From an uncultured Nitrospinaceae bacterium (lineage in GTDB: Bacteria; UBA8248), in the NCBI GenBank assembly GCA_964005815.1, contig CAXFSR010000009.1, forward strand, positions 69,973-133,972: a stretch of 64,000 bases of DNA. The letters run 5' to 3'. Numbering within the stretch: position 1 is the stretch's first letter; every line of letters begins with the position of its first letter. Below, one piece after another: positions 1 to 9,271 of the stretch. The notes below the pieces were generated by a model. It did not search any database and was not told the DNA's origin. It saw only the letters and a program-made list of their open reading frames with translations. The position numbers and the translations under genes were made by a program.

Positions 1-638
1 TTCAAGAAATTGAACGTTTAGGTGGAAATGATTCTGTTGTTCAAGTTCAGATTCCAGAATTTGATGTTCTCTTAGGTAATCGACATTTTTATCCTATTTA
101 TGAGGCAGCGGAACGTTATGGACTTCCCATTGGCTTCCATGGTGCGGGAGAGTCTGCGGGTGTAAATACTCCAATGAGTCCCGTTGGCATTCCTTCTTAT
201 TTCATAGAGGTACATACCGGTATGCCTATGATAGGACAAGCTCACGTAATTAGTTTGGTCGCAGAAGGAGTTTTTGAAAGATTTCCAAAACTTAAATTTG
301 TTTTTCAAGAGGTTGGTTACGCATGGGTGCCAAGTGTCATGTGGAGATTCGATCAAGAATGGAAATCTATGCGGAATGAAGTTCCTTGGTTAACTAAACC
401 TCCAAGTGAATATATTCTAGAAAACGTTCGTTTTACTACACAACCAATTTGTGAAGCCCCAGATAATTTGCAGCATATGCAATTATTAGACATGTTACAT
501 GCAGACAAAACATTAGTGTTCTCTTCTGATTATCCTCATTGGGATTTTGATGATCCAAGGAAAATTTTTACAGGTCTATCGGATCAAGTTAAGAAACGAA
601 TTTATTTTGAATCAGCGGCAGAATTGTATGATTTTTAG
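1..638 (+). CDS. Amidohydrolase family protein (Amidohydro_2), 5'-truncated by the window edge
   Basis: Frame is open from position 3 (QEIERLG...YPIYEAAERYGLPIGFHG). Motifs GVFERFPKLKFVFQEVG and FSSDYPHWD. Confidence 0.85.
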   Translation, partial: QEIERLGGNDSVVQVQIPEFDVLLGNRHFYPIYEAAERYGLPIGFHGAGESAGVNTPMSPVGIPSYFIEVHTGMPMIGQAHVISLVAEGVFERFPKLKFVFQEVGYAWVPSVMWRFDQEWKSMRNEVPWLTKPPSEYILENVRFTTQPICEAPDNLQHMQLLDMLHADKTLVFSSDYPHWDFDDPRKIFTGLSDQVKKRIYFESAAELYDF

Positions 639-640
639 AA

Positions 641-1738
641 CTAGATTTTAAATTTAAATTTATTGATAGCATCTTCATTAACTTCTACACCGAAACCTAC
701 ACCTGATGGCACCTGTACTTTTCCGTTTTCCACTTTAAATCCTTCGACTATATCTTCTGAGTGCCATGATGGAGATTTTCCTGATTCATTAAAAACTATA
801 TTTGGTGTAGATGCGAAGAAGTGCGCACTTGCTACGTCGTTCAAAGCACTGTGGATTACGCTTCCACATAAACCTTCTATTCCAGAAACTTCAATACAAG
901 CGGCTACCTTTTTACAGTTAAGTAATCCCCCTTCTCTATTGATTTTTATATTGACAATGTCTGCAGCTCTCCTTCTCAAAACTTCCCCTAAATAGTCTGG
1001 TCGGAGAGATTCGTCTGCGCAAATTGGTATGCGGGTATTTTTAGTAACGAATTCAAGACCATCAATATCATGTCCCGGTACGGGTTGTTCAAGCATTGTG
1101 ATCGAAAAAGGTTCTATGAGTGAACATACTTGAATAGCTAACTTAGGAGTCCAACTCATATTTGCATCTACTACTATTTTCGAATCTTCTCCTGCAGATT
1201 CTCGTGCACTTTGTACCCTTTTCACACTTGTCTTGATATCTCTATTCATCTTTACTTTAAAAGCAAAAATTCCTTTTTCTTTTGACTCATTAACTAGTTC
1301 TGCTGTTCGTTCAGGTGATTCGAGAGGAAGAATATCAAAAGCGGGCATTTCATCCCTAACTTTACCTCCAAGTAAATTATAGACAGGCGTATTCAATATT
1401 TTTCCAAGCAAATCATGTAGAGCGCAATCTATTGCAGATTTTGGGGAGTGATGAAAAGGGATTATCCTATCCATTTTTTCAAGTATTTGTTCCCTTTGGA
1501 AAGGATCCTGTCCCTCTACGACTGGTACTAGAAGTTCTTCTAGAATTTTATATGCACTTTTTAATGTTTCTCCGGTAGGGAATGTGCGTAAGGCCGCCGC
1601 ACCCCAACCGGAGACTCCATTAGCATTTATTCTAACGACTATATCCTCAGAATGCGCGGTCATCCTTGTGGCACTCTTGTAAGGATGATTTAATGGTATT
1701 GCTACGGGGAATAAATCAATACGGTCAATCTTTGACAT
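641..1738 (-). CDS. Mandelate racemase/muconate lactonizing enzyme (enolase superfamily)
   Basis: KxK motif (FKVKM), metal ligands in VDAN/LEQP/ADES, NIK..GG, C-terminal P.G.GFGVE. Confidence 0.85.
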   Translation of the reverse strand: MSKIDRIDLFPVAIPLNHPYKSATRMTAHSEDIVVRINANGVSGWGAAALRTFPTGETLKSAYKILEELLVPVVEGQDPFQREQILEKMDRIIPFHHSPKSAIDCALHDLLGKILNTPVYNLLGGKVRDEMPAFDILPLESPERTAELVNESKEKGIFAFKVKMNRDIKTSVKRVQSARESAGEDSKIVVDANMSWTPKLAIQVCSLIEPFSITMLEQPVPGHDIDGLEFVTKNTRIPICADESLRPDYLGEVLRRRAADIVNIKINREGGLLNCKKVAACIEVSGIEGLCGSVIHSALNDVASAHFFASTPNIVFNESGKSPSWHSEDIVEGFKVENGKVQVPSGVGFGVEVNEDAINKFKFKI

Positions 1739-1739
1739 A

Positions 1740-2546
1740 TTAATTTGCCTCGTCTACCAGTTTTTCAAGTTGAGGAGTAGATCGTACGGATGCGTATCGA
1801 ACTGAACCTTCGCTCGAAGCTTTTAAGCTTCTTTCAGATCCTTTAGGAATTTCGATGACATCACCTTCCCCTACAGTTTTTTCTTCATTATCAACCTTTG
1901 CATGAAGAGAGCCAGACAGTATTAGTATGAATTGTTCTCTTTGACTAATTGAAGTTGGTTCTTCCATTTCTGCAGGCATTTCTACAAAACCAAAAGAGAG
2001 TCTTTCTCCTTGAATCCAGTTTTGTTGATATCCAGTTCTTTCAGGAGCATCAAGAGAATCTATGATGGGATAGTAGTTATTTTTAATTCCATCAATAATA
2101 ATTTCGGATTTTGATGCGTCTCTTTCTTGTTCTGCCCATGAACCTGTATCATGTTTTTCATTTATTTCGTCTACTGTGGGAGCTTGTTCAGGGGGAGCTT
2201 CGTCTGCAGCAAGTCCTACTACGGTCCATGTATGATCTTTGACATATAAATATTCCATTTTTTTATCTTCTGTTGCGAACATTGAGTGTCTAGCATAAGG
2301 AGGTACGTGGACAAAAGTTCCTGGGGAAACAATCTTTCTTTCTTTACCAACCATTGCATTTATTCTTCCTATCAAAGGAAAAATCATAAGTTCATTTGGA
2401 TGATAGTGGTATTGGGAACCGGTACCAGGTTCTTTTCTTACTTTACAGAAGTACATATATTTGCCCTCTATGACTGGACCTTCGCCTGAGGATAAATGGG
2501 GACTAAGATATTTGGCTTCAAAATCTTCAAATCTATGAAACGGCAT
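1740..2546 (-). CDS. Bicupin-domain protein
   Basis: N-terminal cupin with HYHPNE...HSM. Second, degenerate cupin domain (REQFILILSG...GDVIEIPKG). RBS AAGGAG. Confidence 0.8.
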   Translation of the reverse strand: MPFHRFEDFEAKYLSPHLSSGEGPVIEGKYMYFCKVRKEPGTGSQYHYHPNELMIFPLIGRINAMVGKERKIVSPGTFVHVPPYARHSMFATEDKKMEYLYVKDHTWTVVGLAADEAPPEQAPTVDEINEKHDTGSWAEQERDASKSEIIIDGIKNNYYPIIDSLDAPERTGYQQNWIQGERLSFGFVEMPAEMEEPTSISQREQFILILSGSLHAKVDNEEKTVGEGDVIEIPKGSERSLKASSEGSVRYASVRSTPQLEKLVDEAN

Positions 2547-2726
2547 TTTTCGACTCCTTGAGGAAAAAGTTTACGTACTTTTTTTAGATAAACAAACCTA
2601 TATTTTTTATGACTAAAGGTCAACTTTTCGTCATACATATAATTAATCTATGGAAAACTGTTGAACGGTATGTGATGAAGTGTTAGATTTTGAACCAATT
2701 TTAAATTTAATCTAGAGAGGAAGAAA

Positions 2727-3722
2727 ATGTCAGAAGGTAATGTTCGTCTCGGTGTTGTTGGGCTAGGTGGTTGGGGAAAGATGCTTGCTAACGCTTCTTC
2801 AAGAGCAGGGAATGTTGATCTTGTTCGTTGTTTTGCAAGAACGAAAGAAACTAGAGATTCTTTTTCTGAGGAATTTGGCTGTAAAACGGCAGAAAGTTAT
2901 TCTGAAATTTTAAATGATGACGAAGTAGACGGAGTAATTCTGACGACTCCCCATTCGACACATGTTGGAATGATTTGTGAAGCTGCCAGTGCTGGCAAAC
3001 ACGTTTTTGTCGAAAAACCACTTACCCTTACTGTTGAAGATGCAAACAAATCGATTGATGCAACATCAAGTGCAGGAGTTATTCTGCAAGTTGGTCATCA
3101 CAGAAGAAAGCAAGGTGCGAATAGAAGAATTAAGACGATGATAGAAGAAGGAAAGCTTGGTGAAATCCATCAGCTTGATGCAAATTTGTCGAATGTCGGA
3201 GGTCAAAATGTACGTGCAGGATGGAGAAATGATCCAGAAGAATGTCCTGCTGGTGGAATGACGGGTCTCGGTGTCCATATGATAGATAATTTAATTTATC
3301 TTGCTGGAACAGTTAAAAGAGTTTCTGCATTTAGTAAAAAACTTTTTGGAAAAACAAATCTTGACGATGTGACAAGTTTTATTTTGGAATTTGACAGTGG
3401 TCCACTAGGTTTTATTAATACAACATATGTTGTTCCCAAGATTTGTTTGACTGCTGCATATGGAACGGAAGCTTCAGCATGGAGTGAAGAGGAAGGTTCT
3501 AGACTCTTTTTTCAAGGCAAAGACGAAAATACTAGAAATGAAATTCCTGTGGAAGAAGGAGATGCCTTGGCAGAGCAAATTAAAGAATTTTCTGATTGCA
3601 TAAAGAATAATTCTAAACCAGAAGTTAGTGGTACAGAAGGACGGGATGTAATAGCAGTTTTACAGTCGGTTGTAGAGAGTGCTAATACCGGAAAAGTGGT
3701 TGAAATAAAACAATTCATGTAG
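2727..3722 (+). CDS. Gfo/Idh/MocA family NAD(P)-dependent oxidoreductase
   Basis: GxGxxG (GLGGWG), GKHVFVEKP, GVHMID. Confidence 0.9.
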   Translation: MSEGNVRLGVVGLGGWGKMLANASSRAGNVDLVRCFARTKETRDSFSEEFGCKTAESYSEILNDDEVDGVILTTPHSTHVGMICEAASAGKHVFVEKPLTLTVEDANKSIDATSSAGVILQVGHHRRKQGANRRIKTMIEEGKLGEIHQLDANLSNVGGQNVRAGWRNDPEECPAGGMTGLGVHMIDNLIYLAGTVKRVSAFSKKLFGKTNLDDVTSFILEFDSGPLGFINTTYVVPKICLTAAYGTEASAWSEEEGSRLFFQGKDENTRNEIPVEEGDALAEQIKEFSDCIKNNSKPEVSGTEGRDVIAVLQSVVESANTGKVVEIKQFM

Positions 3723-3723
3723 T

Positions 3724-4752
3724 TTGACTATTTTAAATGAGGTTTTTTTGTTTTTTGATCAATTTGATGTTTCTCCAGGAAGTGTAGGTAAATTAGAACT
3801 AAAAGTAGGAAAGATGCTTACTGGAGCAGAAACGAAATTAACAGTTCATTACATTAGAGGTTTTAAAAAAGGCCCTTTTTTAGGGATTCAGGGTTGTGTG
3901 CATGGAGATGAAGCGCAGCCTGTTCGATCATTTTATTCACTTTTAAAATCTTTGAATCCTGAAATTTTATCAGGGACTTTAGCAATTGTTCCAGTTGCAA
4001 ATCCCTACGCTTTTTCAAATTTCTCAAGGCAATCACCTGACCAACATGAACAGACAAATTTATGGAGAGCTTTTCCAGGCAATGAAGGTGGAACTTTAAC
4101 TGAAAGGTATGCTTTTTTGTTGCGTTCGATACTTATTGATAATTCCGATTTTTTTGTAGAATGTCATTCTGGAGGAACGTCTGGAAGAATTCAGTGTAGA
4201 GTGGATGTGGATCCTGATTTCACAAAACAGGTTGGAAAGAAATCCAGACAGATGGCGTATGCGTTTGCTAGAGGCGGAGCAAGGTTGGTTCATGGTGTTC
4301 CTTTGAGTCCTAGCAGTGCTCCTGGTGTTTCTTTAAAAAAAGGAAAACCCTCTATAAGTGTTGAAGTGGGCGGTTCGTACTTACCTGAAAGTGAGGAAAA
4401 CTTATACGGTGATACTATAGAGAAGGGTTTTCGTAATCTTCTAATTTATCTTCGAATGATCAGTGGAAAAGAAAAAAGAAACAAGATTCTCTATTTCGAT
4501 AAATCTAAAAGAGTGGAAGTGAATCCTGCTCATGGGGGGTATCTACTTTCCCGAAAAACACAATACTCAGATTTAGGAAAAAAAGTTCGCAAGGGAGAGT
4601 TGCTTGGAGAGATGCTTGATCCTCATACTTTAGAAATTATCGAAGAGTTACGAAGTCCTATGGAAGGGACTTTGTTCTATAGTCGTTGTAGTGGTCCAGT
4701 TGAGATAGGAAATAAGGGTTTTGCAATCGCAAGCAAAATTGAAATTAAATAA
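3724..4752 (+). CDS. Succinylglutamate desuccinylase/aspartoacylase family (M14-like); start uncertain
   Basis: HGDE zinc motif, VPVANP, NLWRAFPG, HSGG, VEVGG, C-terminal barrel-sandwich domain. Confidence 0.8.
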   Translation: MTILNEVFLFFDQFDVSPGSVGKLELKVGKMLTGAETKLTVHYIRGFKKGPFLGIQGCVHGDEAQPVRSFYSLLKSLNPEILSGTLAIVPVANPYAFSNFSRQSPDQHEQTNLWRAFPGNEGGTLTERYAFLLRSILIDNSDFFVECHSGGTSGRIQCRVDVDPDFTKQVGKKSRQMAYAFARGGARLVHGVPLSPSSAPGVSLKKGKPSISVEVGGSYLPESEENLYGDTIEKGFRNLLIYLRMISGKEKRNKILYFDKSKRVEVNPAHGGYLLSRKTQYSDLGKKVRKGELLGEMLDPHTLEIIEELRSPMEGTLFYSRCSGPVEIGNKGFAIASKIEIK

Positions 4753-4780
4753 TAGAATTTAAATCAAACTTGGAGAACAT

Positions 4781-5248
4781 ATGCCATTTTATAATCCCAA
4801 AACTATGAAGAGGAATCTTGCGGGAGAAAGTTACAGTACTTCTGAAGGAGTATGGGCAGATGGAGACAAAATGCTTTTTGGTATTATTGACAAACCCGCA
4901 GGAACAGGGAGTAGACCTCATAGACATCCCAATGAACAGTTTATTTTTGTGCAAAAAGGAAGATTGAAAGCTATGATTGATGGGAAGCGAAAAACGATAC
5001 AAACTGGAGGAATAATTCATATTCCTGCAAATTCTCTTCACAGCATGGTTGCTACAGATGATGAAGATGTGATTTTTATTGTTGCTAAAGATAATTCATG
5101 GGGGATAGAGGGAATACCAGAAGACCAAAGTATTTTTGGAGCACATCTAGGAAAGTCTGCGAAGAAAGAAGTAGTAGATAAATATACTAAAATTGCAAAG
5201 AAAGGTGAATCTGCAAAGAGCAAGAAGAAAAGTAAGAAAAGTAAGTAG
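4781..5248 (+). CDS. Cupin domain protein with Lys-rich C-terminal tail
   Basis: HRHPNEQ...HIPANSLHSM cupin motifs. RBS GGAG. Confidence 0.85.
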   Translation: MPFYNPKTMKRNLAGESYSTSEGVWADGDKMLFGIIDKPAGTGSRPHRHPNEQFIFVQKGRLKAMIDGKRKTIQTGGIIHIPANSLHSMVATDDEDVIFIVAKDNSWGIEGIPEDQSIFGAHLGKSAKKEVVDKYTKIAKKGESAKSKKKSKKSK

Positions 5249-5340
5249 AATGTTTGTTTGCACTTACTTGTTTTTCAAGTATAGTTTCTAAATCAATTTT
5301 AAAAATAAAAGATATTTTAATTCATAAAGAGGATCTAGGA

Positions 5341-6213
5341 ATGGTAACGCAGAGAGATGAAGTAAGACTTCCACCCCAAATATCTGGGAGGGAGAGAACT
5401 GTAATGTGGATAAGGGATAATGTTCCGAGCTTTATTGCAGTTATCCTAATTTGGGAAATTCTTGTTTGGTTTGCGGATGAGCCAGCTCTTTTTCCTAGTT
5501 TTGGTATTTTTCCTGGAACTTTTGGCAGTTCAATTTTACAACGTGCGTATGAAGTAATTTTTCTGAAAGCAGGGGAAACGTCATGTATTCTTTGTGTCCA
5601 CGCCTGGCATACATCTTATAGAATAATTATTGGGATAGCGATAGCTTCCGTTGTGGGAATTTCTATAGGTATTGCTATGGGTATTTCTGTTTGGTTCGAG
5701 AAATTCATGGTTCCAATCATGAGTATGTTACTGCCTATTCCAGCACTAGCATGGAGTCCAGTATGTGTTCTTTGGTTTGGCCTTGGAAATGGGACTATGA
5801 TATTTATTACTGCTTTTGCCGCCGCCTTACCGGCGATTTCTGCTACTTGGACAGGTGTGAAAACAGTAAACCCTGTTTGGACAAGGGCTGCTAGATCAAT
5901 GAATGCAAGTGGAATGGTTCTTTTCCGGAAAATTACTCTACCTGGTTCATTGCCGTTTATTTTGTCTGGTATTCGTATTGGTCTTGCTCGTGCATGGAGA
6001 GCTGGAATTGCTGCAGAAATGGTTGCTGCTAGTGACTGGGGACTTGGGTACGCGATCTTTGATAGCCGAGAAGATTTGGATATGAGTTTTATGCTTGTTG
6101 GAATTGCAACTATCGCTCTTGTTGGTTTTATTATCGAAAAATTTATATTTGAAAGAGTTGAAAGAGCGACCGTAATTAAATGGGGAATGATGGCAGAGGT
6201 AGGATCAGGCTAA
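5341..6213 (+). CDS. ABC transporter permease, NitT/TauT/SsuC family
   Basis: PIPALAW, WFGLG, EAA-like loop (RAARSMNAS...ITLPGSLPFILSGIR), AEM. ATG at 5341 after GAGG/AGGA is preferred over the track start at 5254. Confidence 0.9.
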   Translation: MVTQRDEVRLPPQISGRERTVMWIRDNVPSFIAVILIWEILVWFADEPALFPSFGIFPGTFGSSILQRAYEVIFLKAGETSCILCVHAWHTSYRIIIGIAIASVVGISIGIAMGISVWFEKFMVPIMSMLLPIPALAWSPVCVLWFGLGNGTMIFITAFAAALPAISATWTGVKTVNPVWTRAARSMNASGMVLFRKITLPGSLPFILSGIRIGLARAWRAGIAAEMVAASDWGLGYAIFDSREDLDMSFMLVGIATIALVGFIIEKFIFERVERATVIKWGMMAEVGSG

Positions 6214-6291
6214 TACAAAGAAGGCCATCGCTTTAGCCGTTTATTTTAATACTATTTATTAATTGAATAACTGAAACAGATAGGGGAAATA

Positions 6292-7056
6292 ATGTCTTCC
6301 AAAGTAAGCATTCAAAATTTAGAAATGGAGTACACATTAAAAGATAGGCTTGTTCATGCATTGACGGATATTAATCTCGAAATAGAAGACGGCGAATTCC
6401 TTGTAGTCGTTGGTCTATCTGGTTGTGGCAAAACTACTCTTTTAAATATTCTAGGCGGTTTCTTTAGTCCAACAGGTGGTAGTATTAGTTTGGATGGTAG
6501 ACCAATAGAAGAAGCCGGTAGGTTAAACAGAGCAGTTGTTTTCCAGGAATATGCACTTTTCCCATGGAGAACTGCTATTGGAAATGTTGAGTTTGGTTTG
6601 GAAATGAAAGGAATAGAAAAAGAAGAGAGATTAGAGATTGCGATGAAATACCTTGAATTGGTTCATTTGGAAAAATTTGCACATTTTTATCCGCATAATC
6701 TTTCTGGTGGGATGAGACAGCGTGTTGCAGTTGCAAGAGCATATGCATATGAACCAGAATTTCTGCTTATGGATGAACCTTTTGGTGCGCTAGATGCGCA
6801 GACAAGAGAAGACTTACAATCACTGACTGTGGAAGTATGGAAGAAAACGAAGAAGACTATTTTTTATGTTACACATAATTTGAGTGAAGCAGTTTTCCTT
6901 GCGGATAGAATTATTGTTCTAGCAGGGCAACCAGGTGTAATTCATAAAGAGATTACAGTCGATATCCCAAGGTCAGAAGATTTCAAAAGAGATGTTTTTG
7001 ACCCACGATTTGTAGAACTTGAAAAAGAGACTACCGAGGCTGTAAGAGGAAATTAA
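6292..7056 (+). CDS. ABC transporter ATP-binding protein, NitT/TauT/SsuB family
   Basis: Walker A GLSGCGKTT, VFQEYALFPW, LSGGMRQR, LLMDEPFGALDAQTR, VTH. Confidence 0.95.
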   Translation: MSSKVSIQNLEMEYTLKDRLVHALTDINLEIEDGEFLVVVGLSGCGKTTLLNILGGFFSPTGGSISLDGRPIEEAGRLNRAVVFQEYALFPWRTAIGNVEFGLEMKGIEKEERLEIAMKYLELVHLEKFAHFYPHNLSGGMRQRVAVARAYAYEPEFLLMDEPFGALDAQTREDLQSLTVEVWKKTKKTIFYVTHNLSEAVFLADRIIVLAGQPGVIHKEITVDIPRSEDFKRDVFDPRFVELEKETTEAVRGN

Positions 7057-7126
7057 AAAATGATTTCCACATTTTTGATGCTCCCAGATGTAGTCTTGGT
7101 ACTTCAAGGATTTTTGTGTTCTTCTA

Positions 7127-7789
7127 ATGAAACACCCTACGCTTCTGATTGGTAAAATGGTTGAATTAAACCATATGCCAAATGATGGAAGCGCAATGCT
7201 GGCTGTATTTTGTGATTTAGATTTTGAAGATCAAGCAGAATTTAGGCCTTGGCTTTCTGAAGATATGTTTCCCGCACGTCTTAATATTGGTTTCCAAAGT
7301 TGTGCAAGTTTTAACTTGTGTCAGGGGCAAGGTTCTGAATTTGTTACTTTGTATGAAACTCCAAGTCTCGGCTGTTTGTACGATGCACCATATCAAGAAC
7401 TGCGACGCACACGGAACCCTAGAGATACTGCATATCATAAAAAATTCCAAAATCCACTGCGCTACACACTTTCATGGATAGGTCCTGAAATTTCAAAAAA
7501 CGAGAGGGGTTTTGCCCCTTTTTTGTGTATTGAGAGATTTGATCCAACAGTTGAATCGATTGAAGAATTTAATGCATGGTTTGTTCGTAAGTATCTGCCA
7601 AGCTTTTTGAATTCAGGAAATACAGTAGGGCTAAGACGCTTTATTGCTGTCGAGGGGGCGCATAAATATTTTGTCATACAAGAATTTTTAGATCTTGAAA
7701 CTTTTAGAAATGACATTCAATTAAATCAAAAGACGAAATTTGGAATGAATATTTCAGGAATTTATCAAAGAATTATTCAAAGTCCTTGA
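7127..7789 (+). CDS. Hypothetical protein, probably a duplicated dimeric alpha-beta barrel (EthD/DUF4286-like); start uncertain
   Basis: Two similar halves (EFRPWL....PAR / EEFNAWF....LPS; FVTLYE / YFVIQE). Confidence 0.5.
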   Translation: MKHPTLLIGKMVELNHMPNDGSAMLAVFCDLDFEDQAEFRPWLSEDMFPARLNIGFQSCASFNLCQGQGSEFVTLYETPSLGCLYDAPYQELRRTRNPRDTAYHKKFQNPLRYTLSWIGPEISKNERGFAPFLCIERFDPTVESIEEFNAWFVRKYLPSFLNSGNTVGLRRFIAVEGAHKYFVIQEFLDLETFRNDIQLNQKTKFGMNISGIYQRIIQSP

Positions 7790-7967
7790 CAGTGATTTGC
7801 TTGGGTCAACATCGAAACTATTGTGTCCACCTCCTTAATGCATTTAATGAATGTTCGATAATTTCATGAAACTAATCAAAAGGTATAGGTGTTGAAGTTT
7901 TGTTTCTTCGAAAGCAGAATAACAGCTTCCTTGTTTTCAGATGTCTAAACGTTTGAGAGTTCGGGTG

Positions 7968-8699
7968 TTAAATTAGAAATTTGATAATCAAAGCAAGACC
8001 CATCAGTAAGATGATAATTTTAACAATTGTGAAAAATATTTTGTCAGTAAGAAACTTGTATATTTTAGTGCCTACAACAAACCCAAGTAGTACTGGAATA
8101 AACATGATAGCAGTAAGTCCTATGACTTCTGTACCTACGAGCCTTGATTGAAGGAATATTATTGTGGTTACTCGTAGAATCACTTGCGTGCTACTTAAGA
8201 TAAATAGGTATCTGTTTTTTGATAAATTCATTCCTGTCAGATAAGAGGCAATAACGTGTGATGGCATACCGACAGTTCCTAACATTAATCCTGCTATTCC
8301 TCCCATTCCAATCGAACGTTTGAAAGTGCTTTCTTTTTTTTTCGTTTCTGATTCATTAAAGTGATCCCAACTAATTTGAACTATTAAATAAAGTCCCAAA
8401 ATAAATTTCATCAAATTAGGATTCATATTTAACAAGATCGTCAGTCCAATACCAAGACCTATGAGGCTGAAGATAAAAAAAGGAAGGAAAATTGAAAATC
8501 CCTCTTTTGCAGCTTCCCGAGTTCTCCAACAGTTTAATAAACTGGTGACTAAAGTTGGTATCGAAATGACTACGATAGCGGTAGGAACATCCCAAAATAG
8601 AGAAACAGTAGGAGTTGTCAGTGTTGCAAAACCGAACCCTCCTACAGCTTTAAGACCCGAACCAATAAAGGCTGCACAAAAAACAACGAAATATTCCAT
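7968..8699 (-). CDS. Sulfite exporter TauE/SafE family membrane protein
   Basis: About 8 hydrophobic segments, N-terminal GGFGFA, internal GGIAGLMLG. RBS AGAGG. Confidence 0.8.
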   Translation of the reverse strand: MEYFVVFCAAFIGSGLKAVGGFGFATLTTPTVSLFWDVPTAIVVISIPTLVTSLLNCWRTREAAKEGFSIFLPFFIFSLIGLGIGLTILLNMNPNLMKFILGLYLIVQISWDHFNESETKKKESTFKRSIGMGGIAGLMLGTVGMPSHVIASYLTGMNLSKNRYLFILSSTQVILRVTTIIFLQSRLVGTEVIGLTAIMFIPVLLGFVVGTKIYKFLTDKIFFTIVKIIILLMGLALIIKFLI

Positions 8700-8824
8700 T
8701 TTTCCTCTGTATCTACGAAAGATTTAAATAATTTTCTATGGTATATTTGAAAAAACATACTTTATTGCATATTGTAGTATTCATCAAATTGTTTGTGGTT
8801 TTTTTATAATTAAAGGATTTATTT

Positions 8825-9250
8825 TTGTCTGTCTTATTAGAAAAAGTTCCAGATAGTCATAAACATCTACTTCAGACTAGAGCCTTGCTTTACTTGGCTA
8901 CTACGATGAAAGACGGGTCTCCTCAAGTGTCACCCCTTTGGTTTAGTGTAGATGACAATTTTATACTAGTTAATTCTGCAAAAGGGAGAATTAAAGATAA
9001 GAATATGAGGAGAAATAAAAAAGTATCTGTGGCAATCGTCGATCCTGAAAATGCTTTTTTATGGATGGGTATCCAAGGGAGTGTATTAGATATAACTGAG
9101 GTAGGTGCCGATGACCATGTAGACTTACTTGCAAAAAAATATCTAGATATGGATTCTTACCCAAATAAACAAGAGGGTCAAATTCGTGTGATTTACAAGA
9201 TTAGGGCGGATAAAGTTTATACTATGGATCCACCCCCAGCTTTTTCTTAA
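8825..9250 (+). CDS. PPOX-class (pyridoxamine 5'-phosphate oxidase-like) putative F420-dependent oxidoreductase
   Basis: LATTMKDGSPQVSPLWF, GRIKDKNMRRN, LAKKY....YP, RVIYKI. Confidence 0.85.
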   Translation: MSVLLEKVPDSHKHLLQTRALLYLATTMKDGSPQVSPLWFSVDDNFILVNSAKGRIKDKNMRRNKKVSVAIVDPENAFLWMGIQGSVLDITEVGADDHVDLLAKKYLDMDSYPNKQEGQIRVIYKIRADKVYTMDPPPAFS

Positions 9251-9271
9251 TTTTCTTATAGGAGTAATGCA

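Noticed and set aside
7787..7861. Possible UGA read-through after the 7127-7789 ORF (TGA CAG TGA ...)
   Set aside because: No redox motif context, and the extension is short with no recognisable similarity.
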